Shown: piece after piece, positions 12,601-27,600 of the stretch
How the letters are laid out: each line of letters opens with the position of its first letter
Position numbering within the stretch: the stretch's first letter is position 1
Assembly (NCBI RefSeq): GCF_964355755.1
Contig: NC_092673.1
Coordinates: 27,401,648 to 27,465,647 of the forward strand
Reading direction: 5' to 3'
Length of the DNA stretch: 64,000 nucleotides
Source: Antedon mediterranea
Taxonomy: Eukaryota; Animalia; Echinodermata
Made by a program: the position numbers and the translations under genes
Notes under the pieces: generated by a model
Seen by the model: the letters and a program-made list of their open reading frames with translations, nothing else
Told to the model about the DNA's origin: nothing
Databases searched by the model: none

Positions 12601-15600
12601 ATTTGATCCGCGTGTTAAAATGTTGATGAAAACGGTACGCGCGCGTTCAAGCGGTGATGAAAACGGTACGCGCGCGTTCAATCGGTGATGAAAATTGTAC
12701 GACTGTTGTACGCGCGCGTCCAAGGGTTGATGAAATACTAGACTACTTATTGCACGCGCGCGTCGATTACCGGTGTGGTAGCATTATTTTTATTATAGAC
12801 ACTTCAATCTTTCTCAAAGGATTGCATTTATTATCGAAATCTACAATCTGCAACACGATAACTGTGCAGAATATTTTGTTTAGATTTGCTTTCAAAATGA
12901 TAGAAATGTCTCGTCTTGCTTTTTAAATTTCAATAAAGATAAAAATAAATCAATATACAGCAAATGACTACTGTAATTATGCGCTTGTTTAGATGTTCGT
13001 TTTCTAAATAGATTTCTCGATCGATCAATTCTGTCAAAACAATTCGTATGGTTGTACGTTCAAATTAATCATTTGAATACATTGTGTATTGTAGAGGAGG
13101 AAAAACAGTACCCACTCCCTACCGAGCGGAAAGAATAGACTAAACAGGGCTCAGGTAAAAAGCTGGCCAAGTAGAGGCCTAAGGCGTCGACTAATTCAGG
13201 ACTGGTTAAGTGAATATTGATATTGTTACGGCATTGTTAGAGACCGTTCGTGCGAATTTATATGTTTGTATGTTTATTCAATATATGTGAGCCGTTTTAT
13301 ATTTTGTCCCTGATATCAACAATCCGAGTATAGTATACGGTGCGAATTGCCGTTGCTACTAGGCAAGTGGTAAATGAGAACTCGCCTAACGTGCAACCAG
13401 ACGACTGAAAGTCTGTGGACCCGTGGTTCTGAGGCCCTTGTACTTTTAACAAACTATACAGCTTCAGCTTACTTGTTTTTAATACTGTTTGTGATATTTT
13501 GGGAGATTTCGAACTATCTTACTGCAGGCCTAATTTACGCGCCCTTTAAATAGATAGCACGCCCATGTATTTATTTAACTAAGTTACGCTCTCTCGTAAG
13601 ACGGGGTTGACTAGCAGTTCACTATAGCGTTGTGCGTCCTACGCTGACGTTATTTCTTTAAACGAGAGCCAAAATACTACAGTTTGTAGAATTATATTGA
13701 GAGGAGATTAAATGTAACGAATTGCCCTTTCAATGCCAAGTACCTAACTCTATGCACAGGCCCAGCATGAGGTCAGAATAATCTCAATATTGTACCAAGA
13801 AAACATCAAAAGGTATATTGAATGTGTGATAAAGACAAGAGTTTCCTCAATATTCGTACAATCGCCACCAAGGACATTTCTCTATCGTGTCATCGAATAA
13901 GTGTCATTGTATTATTGCGAATAATGTTAAGCTAACGAAAACTTTAAACTTTGCTATCTGAACGAACAGTTTAGTACATAGGCTGCGTTTAATTCGTCAA
14001 ATCTGATCGGGTACCGGTCCCGTCCGAAATTAAACTCATTAATATCTCCGTAATAATGAAAACGTTTACAAGTTTGTTACAATTTGTCAAGCGAAATAAT
14101 GGATAGCAGCTATCTATTATTTACAGGTGATAGTATAAATGTCACAACATTTAACATTAATAATGTTGGCCTTACAAGAAACATTCATTTGTCTGATGTA
14201 ATTACATTCAACATACACATATACTACGAATTTATCAACCGCGGCTTTCTTCGCCTTCACCAACATTTTTAAATCATGGACCTGTAAATTATTTAGGTCC
14301 ATGCTTAAACTTTAATTTCACTTTTTCAAGAGTAGGCCTATAAGATCACCGACAATATCATTTTAGTTTTAACTTGAAATCTAAAATGAATTATAGTAAA
14401 ATGTTAACATTAATCTAAATTTTTGTGGTACAAATTAACAATACACCTGGATCTCCAGGAATCATGGAATATATTCTCCGACTTGTAACTTATATAACAC
14501 AAGTATTGTATCTGAAAATGAGTCGCTTATGGGGACAGGGGCTTCCAACTGGCCCCTCAGGTGCATCGCAGCTGACGTTTTTGTTGACTCAGCTACGCAT
14601 GCTCAGTGAATTTCTGTCCGCTACTACCGACGAAAATTATCCGGCATAAGGCTGTCAAAATAATACACTTAAAATATAATCTCGACTAGGATAATTTAAT
14701 AATCCTTAATCTGATCGTAACGAATTTGGTAATGTTTTCTCACAATTTCTTAGACACATTTCTCAGTTGATATAAAAACTCTATTTCGATTATAAAATTA
14801 GGTCGAATCAGATGATCAACTAGATAGGCAATGATCCAGACAATATCCATTGAACTTGTTCATATTAGACCCATTTATCAGTTAACCCTAGAATTTTTCA
14901 CATTAATTCCATTGGTACCGGACCCATTATTATTAAAATAATGATTCAATTACATTTTAAACACTGAATTATAATCAATATCATGATTTTTCGCCTAAAA
15001 AATACCAAAAACATTGGAAAATTAAACTTTTTAAATTCGCCTCTACTGGATTACGGTAGTTTTGTGGATAATTGTTACGTTCCTTCTATGGTACGATATG
15101 AATTCCGAAATAAAGAGAACAATTAAATAAGCCACTAAACACTATTTCACAATAATTCAATCCTATTTGTATTAAAACTATTAGAAAGATTTTTTGTGTG
15201 TATATTTTGTTGTCCTTTCTTCTGGTCGAGTGCAACTGTTGTAAAAGTGTTAACTCCAAATAAATCATTAATATTATTGGTAAGATTAATTAACTAAGAA
15301 AATGTATTTTGATTAATTGTTGTTTTTGCATTGCAGACAATGCCTATTTTAAACGTTGAAACCAAACCGAGTAGCGAGTGTGCTGGTTGCCGAGGTCGCA
15401 TCACGGACAGGTACTATCTTCTAGCGGCGGATAAGCAATGGCATACGGAATGCTTACGGTGTACAGAGTGTAAACTGAGACTTGACAATCAACTAACATG
15501 CTTCGCTAGAGATGGTAATATCTATTGTAAAGAGGATTATTACAGGTAAACACAAGCTGCTTCTTAGCAAATTCAAATATATTCACGAATTGGCCAGAAA

Positions 15601-18600
15601 TATGTCACCTTCTCGGAATTTTGTTTTTACGAATTGTTTAAGCAAAAGTCGATATTTTCTATTGGCTTGTCCGTCAGTGGTCATCGGTATGTCCACCTCA
15701 ATGGGCTCATAAAAACCCGTCAGGGTAAATTAACTCAATGCGCGCGTAACTAATCGTTCGATAGACCACCCAAATAAATCTTTTAGGCCTATTGCTATAT
15801 TACTTTATCCACATTTTTAATTTGGGATTTTTTCGATTCATCGTGACTTTTCACCGCCTCGAATTAAATGTAGGCCACTTTCGATATAAAATATTCGGGC
15901 ACACCTGTGAAAAAAAGGTTTTCGCTATTAGAATACTACAGGTCAATTGTTGTCGACAATGTATTCATTTTGACGATGATAGACGTGAAATAAAACTGCA
16001 CTATTTCTACTTTCCTTTCCGTCAAATATCATTCAATATCGGAGTTATAGTGTGCGAATATGAAATTGAAACTGTCTCACGAAATCTACCACCATGTTGC
16101 CCTCTATGACGTCGTGTTTCTAACATCATCCGAAAATATCTCCACCCAGTTACAAGCACCTAATTGGGCCATCACATTTACCGCAATTTTTCATTTTGTC
16201 AGACGATAAATTGCTACTTATCAAATTATACGCGCAAAACCATAATTCACACGACTGATTGTATGGGAACATTATTTTTATACAAACATCTGCGTGGTCA
16301 GTAACAGAGATCGAGATGTTATCTAAAATACCAAACTGAAATTGTACAAATAACGAAGCTCTCTAGGCCTTGTATATGCACCGGGATGAGTTGAATATTC
16401 ACGGTTCACATGCACCTACTCCCCGCCCCGTTGTTAGGTCGCATCTGGTTAAACGCTGGGAGCTTGTAGGCTTACAGGTGTGCAGATGACGACAGATAGC
16501 CGGCCGCCATACAATAACGTTTCAGCTCTATGTCTTACCGGATTAAAAAGTAAATTATAAAAAATGATTTATGCGCCTATAGGCAGCATTTTTATAGATG
16601 AATCGTCATCTTTCGTCTTTAGAGAAAACCAATAATATTTGTAATGTTAACATCATGTTCACCCAGGCCCACATGAAGAGGGATTCGCGACCGGTCGTCA
16701 GGGAACCATCCTTCTGCACCTGTTTGAGGTTCAACAAGTGTTAATCGTAAATGTGTTCATCAATTTGTCAGTTTCGTTGCCGACCTCCATTTCAAAGTTT
16801 TGTTATACACCATTTTAACAGTTCTATTTTATTAATAGAATACGATCGAAATTAGTAACGGCTAAAATTATATTAACATTGGTATTTTTTGTCTACTCTC
16901 TCGCTAATAACATTACGAAAGGCCACATCATTGATAAATCTGTTACATAAATGGTTTTATTTAGTATTTCATATTTGCACATTGGGGTGCTTGCTCCTGT
17001 GAAAGATTTTGCGGCGATCGTACGATTAAATTTACATTACATTATATATATTTGTTTCCTCAGGAGGTTTTCATCAAAGCGGTGTAGTCGCTGTAATGTT
17101 GGTATACCATCGGGGGAAATGGTTATGAGAGCGAGAAACCTCGTCTATCATTTACCGTGTTTCTCATGCGCATTATGCAATAGGACATTGACCACCGGTG
17201 AACATTTTGGTATGAAAGACTGCTTAGTATATTGTCGTATGCATTACGAAACATTGTTACATGGAGAACAAACCCGGGGTATGATCCCCTATACAAATGA
17301 CCATCTATCGAACCATTCCCCAAACACAATATCACCTTATTACAACGGAATTGCACCAGTTCATAAAGGACGGCCGAGGAAACGAAAAGGCATTGACACT
17401 ACCCTAGACTTCCATCAAGGTAAATACATTTCTTTTTTTTCTTTAAAACTGGACACAAATTCCAAAATATACCTTAGGCCTAGCCTACTCTTGGATTTCA
17501 TACTCTAGTCTAAGCCTCCGATAACATCAATATTTAGCATATTAAGAAAGGCCTAAGTCCCTGGAGTTGGGCCTTTCTTTTATACACCATGTATCCAAGT
17601 CTTCAATTGTTAACGAATTTGATTAGTTTAAAAACGATCTTCCACGCCAAATTAAACTTATAAGAGAAATGTGACGGTCATTCGAAAAACCTTGATTTAC
17701 TTCCGAAAAAAAAGTTGTAAGAAACGCCTATTTTTAGCAGCTCATTATCACATTGTCTGAAGGTTGGTTTTGTAGCCTCGACTCTGAATGAAAACATGCG
17801 AACAAACTTGTAATATTTTCTGGAGTTGATAAATGTCTCCGCTATCGTATGTTTGAACTTTTCTTTTTGAATCAGGAATTTTTCTTTTCCACAAAAATAC
17901 AGAGTAAGATGGGAAAGTAAATTTCTAATTTTATCAACAATTACCGAAAGTGCTGTGGGTATCATCAGTGGTTCATTGGAACAAAAACAAATAAGCAAAA
18001 AGCTAAATCAAAACGATAAAGTAAAACAGACAAACAGAAAGTGCCAAACCTTTGGAAACACACTATTCTTTCGTCAGGGCTTAATGGGAGTACTTGAAGG
18101 AGAGAAATATATATATATATAATATTAAATTATACATTCATGGCTTTTAAGACGCTTTGTCCGCTATATCCGTTTTAAACTTTCTTGTTTATCTGATTAA
18201 TGACATTATAATCTTAATGTTAGGCCTACTAATTCCATTCAAGTTCAGTGAATCCCAAGTCATTCGTTCACACGCTAAACACGGGTCAATCATTGACCTT
18301 CATATAAAAATAACTTAATAGGCCTACACATTGACTCTTCATCATTATTTTGCCCAAAATACATTATTATTCTCGCGTTAGAAAGTAACAACATTGACAC
18401 GTGTGTCAATCACGGTTAACGTCTCGAATATCCAAAATATCGACTTTTAGAAAGTGGACACTCCAGATGTCTTTCTCAACGGTTCCCAAACACTGATGGG
18501 ATATGAAGGCTTAAACAATAATAAAATAATAAGGACAGACACCTTATATCATACGGTCATATTAAATTCGTTTTAAGCGAAAGATTTAAACTTTTATATA

Positions 18601-21600
18601 TACTGTACATCGATGAATCCTCAACGGCAAAACCGTTAAAGCAAAGTTGCTACAAGTACATGATACGCTTCAGTGAACACTCTTTTTAGCGAATAGTTAA
18701 ATTTCCTTAGGCGTAATTTACGATAATCTGTGGATACCAATAGTTGAATTGTACAAAATCGGATAGCGTAATAGCTCAATTGAGACAGATTTGTAGCTTG
18801 TGAATAAAATCAACACGATTTTATAGTGATATTGTTCAAAAGCCCGAGGGGTACATGCTATTAAGATTGTGTTTAACTTTATCAAAACTCGAACCGGAAA
18901 ATTGGGAAAAGGGATATTTTTTTGGTCGATGCCCTACAAAAAAAGAAACTTTATCTGGAGCCATCAGTGTCTAGACATTAATTCCTGATATTGACATGTT
19001 TTTTTAGACGAATGGTGTTAAAAATAAATATAACTTTATTCAGAATTATTGAAACTGTATAATTATAACAATAATTCGGTATATTTTTACGTACATGAAT
19101 AGGCTTACATTTCTTGCTTTCCTATAGGTTTATTACCGTTGTACTTTACATTTCAGATTCCCTAATATCAATGCAAACAATATATACTTTTTAGGTATAA
19201 AATTATTTATTATAGACAATAGCTATTAATAATTTGATATCATTGTACATGACTACAATTCTACAAGGTCATAATACTGTAGCCCCCCCCCCCCCCCCCC
19301 CCACTTACAATCATTGACATACTCTCATAGGCCTATGTTTGTATACAGGACATTATAACGAAGTGCATTTCATCAGCCTAGATGTTTAAAAAAACCGTTG
19401 TCAAATTGCTCGTGTCTCTTGTATGTCAAACGGTATGGGATCCCACGATTGTATCGAATACATTGCCTTTTCGGGTGGCTTTCTAATCCTACGTTATCAA
19501 AGAGATTATACGGGATTTCCTAACGTAGTGGCGTACACTTCAGCCCCTAGCCCTGTCTCTTATAAAGCATGATTACTTTGAACCATCACAAATTGTGTCA
19601 AGTAGATTGTTCCTTAACTTGTCACTTGTCACTTTTACTTATCACATGGCCTAAAGCGACAAATATAAAATAAATGTTATCAACGCATGCTTGGTCATTC
19701 ACTTAAGAAACATTGATTTTGCCAGATAAAAAAAACTCAGTTAAAGCATGCATAAAGCATTTAAGTTATACTATCCGTACTTTACTAGTGATGTATAATG
19801 ACAAATTATAACAACATTAAGTGGCTGATGTGATTAATAAGTGAGCGCCGTTATTGAGACATCATGTTCTAGACCGTTTCAACGTAGCTGTTTACCGGCG
19901 ATGTTTGACTTACCAGTGAGTAACGATAACTTGCCATAATAATACATTCTGGACATCGGTGAGTTAGATTGATCAACATCTTTTAAGTTAACCAAATATT
20001 TAATTGGCGTCCATGATCATCATTATTGTTTCACTGCCTGTCGTTTAGTTGTTGTTGGTATGTCATGATAAAACAATTCATATTACATTGTATATATTGT
20101 AATTTATTGTACATACTTGTTAACTTAGGCTATATAGTGTTAACTATTCTCTGCTGTAAGCAGCTTGCTCAATTTTATTCATTTGTCATTTCCTTTTCTG
20201 TCTAATTTAAATGTTTGAATGTGACCTTTTTGATAATGTAAATGTGAGCACAGAATATTTTAACGAAGATAACTTAATTTCTTCACTTGAACATTCTAAT
20301 TTATCATCAAACTTTTCTATATTTGGACTAAACTGTCGTAGTGTTGTTAATAAGTTTGACTTAATCTCAAACTATTTAGACTCACTCGTACATGCCTTCT
20401 CCGTCATTGCCTTCAGTGAAACCTGGTTAACCGAAAAAGATAATATTAATCTATACCAGTTACCAGGCTACAGTTTGATTCACAATGATAGGAAAGATAA
20501 GAGAGGTGGTGGGGTAGCGTTCTATGTTACCAACAAACTAACATATATTATTAGAAATGATCTGTCATCTTGTATGACTGAAGCAGAGACTATTTTTATT
20601 GAGATTGAGTTAGAATCAAGAAATAATGTTATTTGTGGTATAGTTTATAGACCACCCTCACGTTCCTTGCAAAAGTTTGATGATGAATTAACATGTGTAA
20701 TGCAAATGATTAATCTAGAAAAAAAGAAAGCTTACCTTGTGGGAGACTATAACATAAACTTACTCCAACAATCTACCGACAACACTATCCAATCACACTT
20801 AGACACAATATTTTCTCAGTCATTTCAGCCAATCATAAAAAGTCCTACTAGAATATCCGATAATTGTGCTTCAATAATTGATAACATTTATTGCAACATC
20901 GATTCTTTTACTACGTCCCTTAAAAGTGGAATACTTATTACTGATATTTCTGATCACTTCCCAATATTCTGTGTAGATACTTTGGAAAAACATAATAAGC
21001 AATATCCTCGATTTGTATATAAACGACAATACTCTCCTCAACAAACGGAGTATTTTTTGCAAGAATTACAAAGTAATCAGTGGAATGATGTGCTATTCTC
21101 AAATAATGCGAATGTTGCTTATCAAAATTTTACAAACACTTTAAATAAAACAATTGATAATTGTTTCCCTTTAAAACGAATTAGAAATAAGGCGAACAAG
21201 TTAAAATCTCCTTGGATCACAGCTGAAATTGCCAGAGCTATCTCTCAAAAACATAAATTATATAAAAAGTACAAACAAAATAACACCACTACTAATAAAA
21301 GTACGTACATACATTTTAGAAACAAGTTAACCACTACTATTAGAAATCGGAAAAAAGAATATTATATGGTCCAGTTTGAACGAAATAAACAAGATATTAA
21401 AAAAACGTGGACAATCCTAAATGATATAATGGGTAGGAAAAAGACTACCAATTTGCCTACAAAAATAAAATTGGGTACTGAGACTTTCTCTCATAATGAT
21501 GAGAAAGCTGATGCATTCAACTCTTTTTTTATTAATATTGGAGAAAAACTAAATAATAAATTTAGGCATGAATCTCAAAATGAAGAAATCACCCACAGAA

Positions 21601-24600
21601 CTTTCTTAAAGGGAAATTTTACCTCTTCAATGTTTTTTAAGCCTGTTACTGAACATGAACTTAACCACTATATTAAAAACACAAAGAATACTTCTCCTGG
21701 CCATGATGGTATAAGTGCCCAACTCATAAAATCTGCTTCCCCGTTTATTTTAAAACCTTTATTGCATATTATTAATACGTCATTATCATCGGGCTGTGTC
21801 CCGGCTGATATAAAAATTGCTAAAGTTATCCCGGTATTTAAGAATGGTGACATCTCCGATATAAATAATTATCGGCCTATTTCCATTTTACCTTTTTTTT
21901 CCAAAATATTTGAGAGGATTGTGTATGATCAAACGATTTGTTACCTCTCAAAATATAACGTACTGAGTAAAACACAGTATGGATTTAGACAACACCATTC
22001 AACTAGTCATGCTTTAATACAATCGATTGAAAAAATCACAAACGCTATTGAGAATAAAGAGTTCACACTAGGAGTTTTCCTTGATTTATCAAAAGCGTTT
22101 GATACAATCGATCATGATGTATTATTAGATAAGTTAAGATTTTATGGTATAAGAGGAGTTCCGCTAAACTGGTTCTCAAACTATCTTAAAAAAAGACTAC
22201 AATACACATTTATTGTTAATACTGCATCTAGTAAAATGACAGTAAACACTGGAGTTCCTCAGGGATCCATATTGGGTCCATTATTATTTCTTATATTCAT
22301 TAATGATATTAGTCTAGCATGTAACCATGTAGACATGATTATGTATGCAGATGACACAAATGTGTTTTATAGTCACAATGATATTACTCAAGCTTTTGAT
22401 ACAATGAACCAGGAGTTATCTATACTTTCGGACTGGTTTATTGCTAACAAATTAACGCTAAATGTAAACAAATCAAAATATGTTATATTTAAGGCTAGAA
22501 ATAAGTCAGCTGACACTACCTCACTAGAATTGAGGATGGGAAATGAATGTATAGTAAAAGCTACTGAAGTTAAATTTCTAGGCTTATTTCTGGATGAAAC
22601 TTTATCGTTTAATTTTCATGTAAATGAGGTAGCAAACAGTATTTCTAGAATAATTGGTGTCTTAAACAAAGTGAAGTCTATGTTATCAAGTAAAATCTTG
22701 TTAACGGTATACAATGCACTTATATTACCTAGAATAACGTATGCTATCACAGTATGGGGTGCTACTTCTGCTACAAACTTAAACCGTATACATATTCTCC
22801 AGAAAAAAGCACTTAGAAATATTTGTCATGTTCATTTTATGCATCCTTCTCATCCACTTTTTATTTCAACCCAAACATTAAATATTTTTGACCTTTATAC
22901 GAAACACACTGCTATATTTATGTATCAATATAAACATAATCTATTACCTGAATCATTTAATAACTTATTTAGTACATCTGCCTCATTCCATAATTACTCA
23001 ACTAGAAACAGGTCAAACTACTGTCCACAACTAAAACGCACCAAAGTCGGACAGCAATGTATTTCCTACCAAGGAACACATATTTGGAACAATTTAACAG
23101 ACTATATAAAACAATCCCCCACTTTAAGTTTGTTTAAACAGAGATTAAAGCAATATTATAACAATAGAAATATTTAAGTTAAGTAAATCACATTATGTTA
23201 TTTTGGTTTGTTCTTTTTGTTTGTACTAATTGTTTGATCTTTTTGTTAGGGTTACATGCTTAAAGCACTTGTGCTTATTTTGTATCCCATTCCATTATCT
23301 TATTATTTGTATTGTATTTGTATATGTTTTTATTTTGATTATGGAATAAAAATGTCGATGAATTGAATTGATAAAGTATAGGAAATCTACGGAATTATTC
23401 TGTAAGCCGGTAAATAAAAAGTATAGGCAGATGATAAGGAATCTATTGTTACAATTCATTTTAGGAATTAAACCTCAAATTAACAGGGCCTATTATATGT
23501 GGCAATTTGTTTATTCATTTTGGGTCTTTCAAAACCACAACAAGGTTCAATAGTTGTTTAGCTCAATGACTCCAGCTGAAAGTTTTGGTCATGACTTTAG
23601 ATTGTTTCAATCTTAATAAAAACTGTGTTTACATGTATAACATATTGTTGAGATTTTCCAAATATCTTAGGGGCATGTGGCTTAAACTGCCAACGAACCT
23701 TCCGTATTTGATTAAGGACGATCACTCGCTCTAATACACCAGGATAAAGAAGAAGCACCCAGGCTGGGGTTTTAGCCGTCTTCTATTGAAAGGCTTCAGG
23801 GTATTACGAGACGCACTGCCGCCCGATACTTCCTCAGCTATTATGCTATTGACAGTTGGCCTAGGCTGGCAAGTTCAGACGCTTTGTCCTAACGTCCAAT
23901 CTTCGGAAAATAAAATAAATACGAAATTATCGTATTAGTATTCTTATAGACTTTAGATTTATAGTACAGAACGCTGTTGGGTGCAATATCAGAAAGCAAA
24001 TAACTTTCTTGTTTAATAATAGGTGTCTCGTGCGTACTGATTTTACAATTTTTCTCCGGAAGGCTCACTTCTTGATCTACACTATCAAAAAAAGTGTGAT
24101 GTGCCTAAATATGGCAGTGATATGCAAAAAATGGTAGTGATATGACATCATCATGTCCATATATGGGCACGTCACATTTTTTTGTCACAAAAAGTTTGAT
24201 AGTGTAGACAAAGCTTTAGGCCTATCTATTCTTCAAATGAAGATTTTAAAATGCTACCGGAAGATACACTCTATAGTGCAGGCTTTGTTGCCTTTGCCTG
24301 TGAGTTTATATTCATCAAAAGAAAGAATGTTTTGGGAATAAACGCAAATCATTTTAATGACTGAAAACATATAAAAGCTCAAAGTGCTTTATTGGTAGTG
24401 GTGGTTATGCTCCTCATCCTTCATTCAGTTTAAACGAGATTGTTGCGTGACCCTCAACCATTTACATATCTATCGTAAATCGTTAATCTTCCAACATGAC
24501 GAGCTTCGCGGCGGCAAAACGTACACGAACTCTGCGGGTCTTTTCTGTCACACTCTCCACTCACCAAGCGTAGGTCAAGTGGTCTGACATGACCTTACAA

Positions 24601-27600
24601 TTTTGAATAATGCACCCCTAATTCACCGAGGAATCGACGTCAAACTTTTTAAATAAACAAATTGTTTTACACGCGCAGAGCTTTATTTATCCAAAGCTAT
24701 AAATTTAAGTGGCGTGAAATTTAGGCTTACTTTCGTTAAATGGGTTATGTGAAATGATTCCTGGTGTCGTCAGTCAATTTTTCTTTATTTATCCCACCTC
24801 GTATTTTGTATTTTAACATTGGGATCCCGTGGAACATAGCCCGGCTACCTTCGTATTAAAATTTAAGAAACAGAAATGTTATTAGGTATATTATATCTGA
24901 ATTAGCAAAGACCCAACGCGCGTTCCACCAACGAGGAACCAAAATGTGTGTTCACATCAAAGCTTTTGTATAGCCGGCTTATTATACCTCTCTGGTTCAC
25001 ACGCATATTGTACGTTATGTATCCACGTACGTTCGCTCACTTTGCCGACGTTCGGTCACTATATCCCACAATCCATTGCGTGCAGGTAGTAAGCTATATC
25101 ATTATATAATAAGATCAGTGTCTATTGTCGACGACGACGACAGAGTTTTGAGGAGGTCACGTCATGTACTTCCTCATGATGACGGAATAGAAATGACGCA
25201 TTTACATTGATTTATTCGTAATATCATCACGAAACGCGGAACAACCTAAAACATCATGATTGAAGACCCCTGGAATTGTATATACTATTTTGCTACGGAA
25301 CATTTGGCATAAAGAATAAACTTTTGTCAAGAATTAATTGCGCACTTTCAATTAACTAAAAGTGGGGCATTTTAGTTTCAGTTATATTGCATTTAAAGGT
25401 TTTTTATCTTCTGGTATGTGCATCAAGATTCATTCAAACTATAAAGCGCATAGTGTGAAGGATTTGAGAGCAAACGTCACGACGCCTAAGCACGTGATTT
25501 GTTGTTTGTTACGCGTCGTGACGTTTGCTCCTAAACCGATCCCATCATGCATTGTGCAATGACGTTCTTCGCGCGACAAACCATATTTAGAAACGTTGGC
25601 CTACAGAAAACTAAACGTGTTATTTCGTCTAAAGATACTAAACATACAGATTGAATAATACGGATAGAGAGGGTTTAAAACACTTTTCACAAAATGTATC
25701 CTTATAACTTCAAAAAGTTCGCTTAAGCCTATAACTTGTCTTTTATCGTCATCTTATTTATCATAACTATTCATCCGTGCTGAAGTTTTTCACCCGCCGT
25801 CCTGCAAATAGTTCACTGTCATTACTAATACTACATTTATGGCATCATAATTCTTATTTCAAACGATTGCCTCAATATAGACCACACTGTTAGTTTTTCC
25901 CAAAGGAGATTGACTTTCGAAAGTGTATTGTGAACCAAATAATACACTTTAGTATGGAACGCCGTTTACGCAACATTTCGATGATATGAATTTTATGACG
26001 CGATATGTGAATGAAATGCATCGATATGAATTAAATGGTGCGATATATGAATGAAATGTTTTGAATTGAATGCTTTGAATTGAATATTTTGAATGAAATG
26101 TTTTGAATGAAATGTTTTGAATGAAATGTTTTGAATGAAATGTTTTGAATGAAATGTTTTGAATGAAATGTTTTGAATGAAATGTTTTGAATGAAATGTT
26201 TTGAATGAAATGTTTGAATTGAATTGAAAAGTCAAACTATTGGTGGCGTATGTCATTCTCGCTCGCGATTATTTTCTCAACCTCTTAGGCCTAAGCCTGG
26301 GTACCCTCATCTCCTTTCTTCCACGCTGCCTTTACAGAGAATCCTAACAGACCTGGGTTCGGAAATATGTATTCCAATGTTTCAGGTCTGTTAGGGAGTC
26401 TCTGTAAAGGATTCATATTGATGACAGCGTTGAAAGGAGATGAGGGTACCCATGCTTAGGCCTATTAAGAGGTTGAAAAAAAATCGCGAGCGGGAATGAC
26501 ATACGCCGCCAATAGTTTGACTTTTCAATTCAATTCAAACATTTCATTCAAAACATTTCATTCAAAACATTTCATTCAAAACATTTAATTTAAAACATTC
26601 AATTCAAAACATTTCATTCAAAACATTTCATTCAAAACATTCAATTCAAAGCATTCAATTCAAAACATTTCATTCATATATCACGCCATTCAATTCATAT
26701 CGATGCATTTCATTCACATATCGCGTCATAAAATTCATATCATCGAAATGTTGCGTAAACGGCGTTCCATACTTTAGGCTATAATAACCATGCTATGAGT
26801 TGTTACGTTACTAAACACCATTCTTTATAAATAGTTGTTGTCATATCTCATTCGTTTTCGAATTCAAATATTTTTTTGAGAATTTATTATTGCATTTAAA
26901 AGCAACAAATTACTTGAATATGAACTTTCACCAATTTTACTACTAAATCAATCGAATTTAGATATATAAGTATATTGTACATTATTTTTGGTATACAGAA
27001 AAGTTCACATAGTTAGAATGATTGTCTACCGTTACTGTGACTTTGGCGCGATTGCGCTCGAAGCTGACAATTACTTATTTCATTTTACGCATCACCGAAT
27101 AATGTTAGGTCTCAGCATGAAGTATATAATACTTGTTATGGCATACTGCAGTAATTTACAGTAAACTTACAAACTTTGATCTCAAAACATTAGTAGGCCT
27201 AAAGAAATGTCCAGCGCACGATATCAAGTTCAGAACGCTCCAAAATAATTAAAGCAACGGTTTCACATTAATGCATATTAAATTTTCCATCAATTTAGTT
27301 AAAAATATGTTTATTTCTGTATAGACATTTTAGTAAAATGTAACAGTACGGTAATACTATGAAGTGAAAGGCAGAGGTGAAGCTTTCACGTGGGGGCTCT
27401 GTTTACTGAGAAAATAATCGGCTGATTCGCAGCTGAAAGATGAAACATTAGACTATTATGTAGTTGACATTAGCAGATGCTGTAATTTAAGTTTCGTCTC
27501 CTTAGGAAAAACGGCCGAGTTAGTTCTTCAATAACTGCAACAGTCAGAAAGAAAGACAACAATCTAGGTCAGTCTGACAGTATGAGACTGCTCATCTTCA

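Noticed and set aside
16951-17063. N-terminal extension of the 185-aa LIM ORF
   Set aside because: Intronic read-in upstream of the acceptor at 17063; the same applies to the ORFs starting at 36525 and 63206.
25993-26256. 87-aa repetitive ORF (FKTFHSKHFIQNIS)n
   Set aside because: Translation of the 14-bp tandem inside the foldback element.
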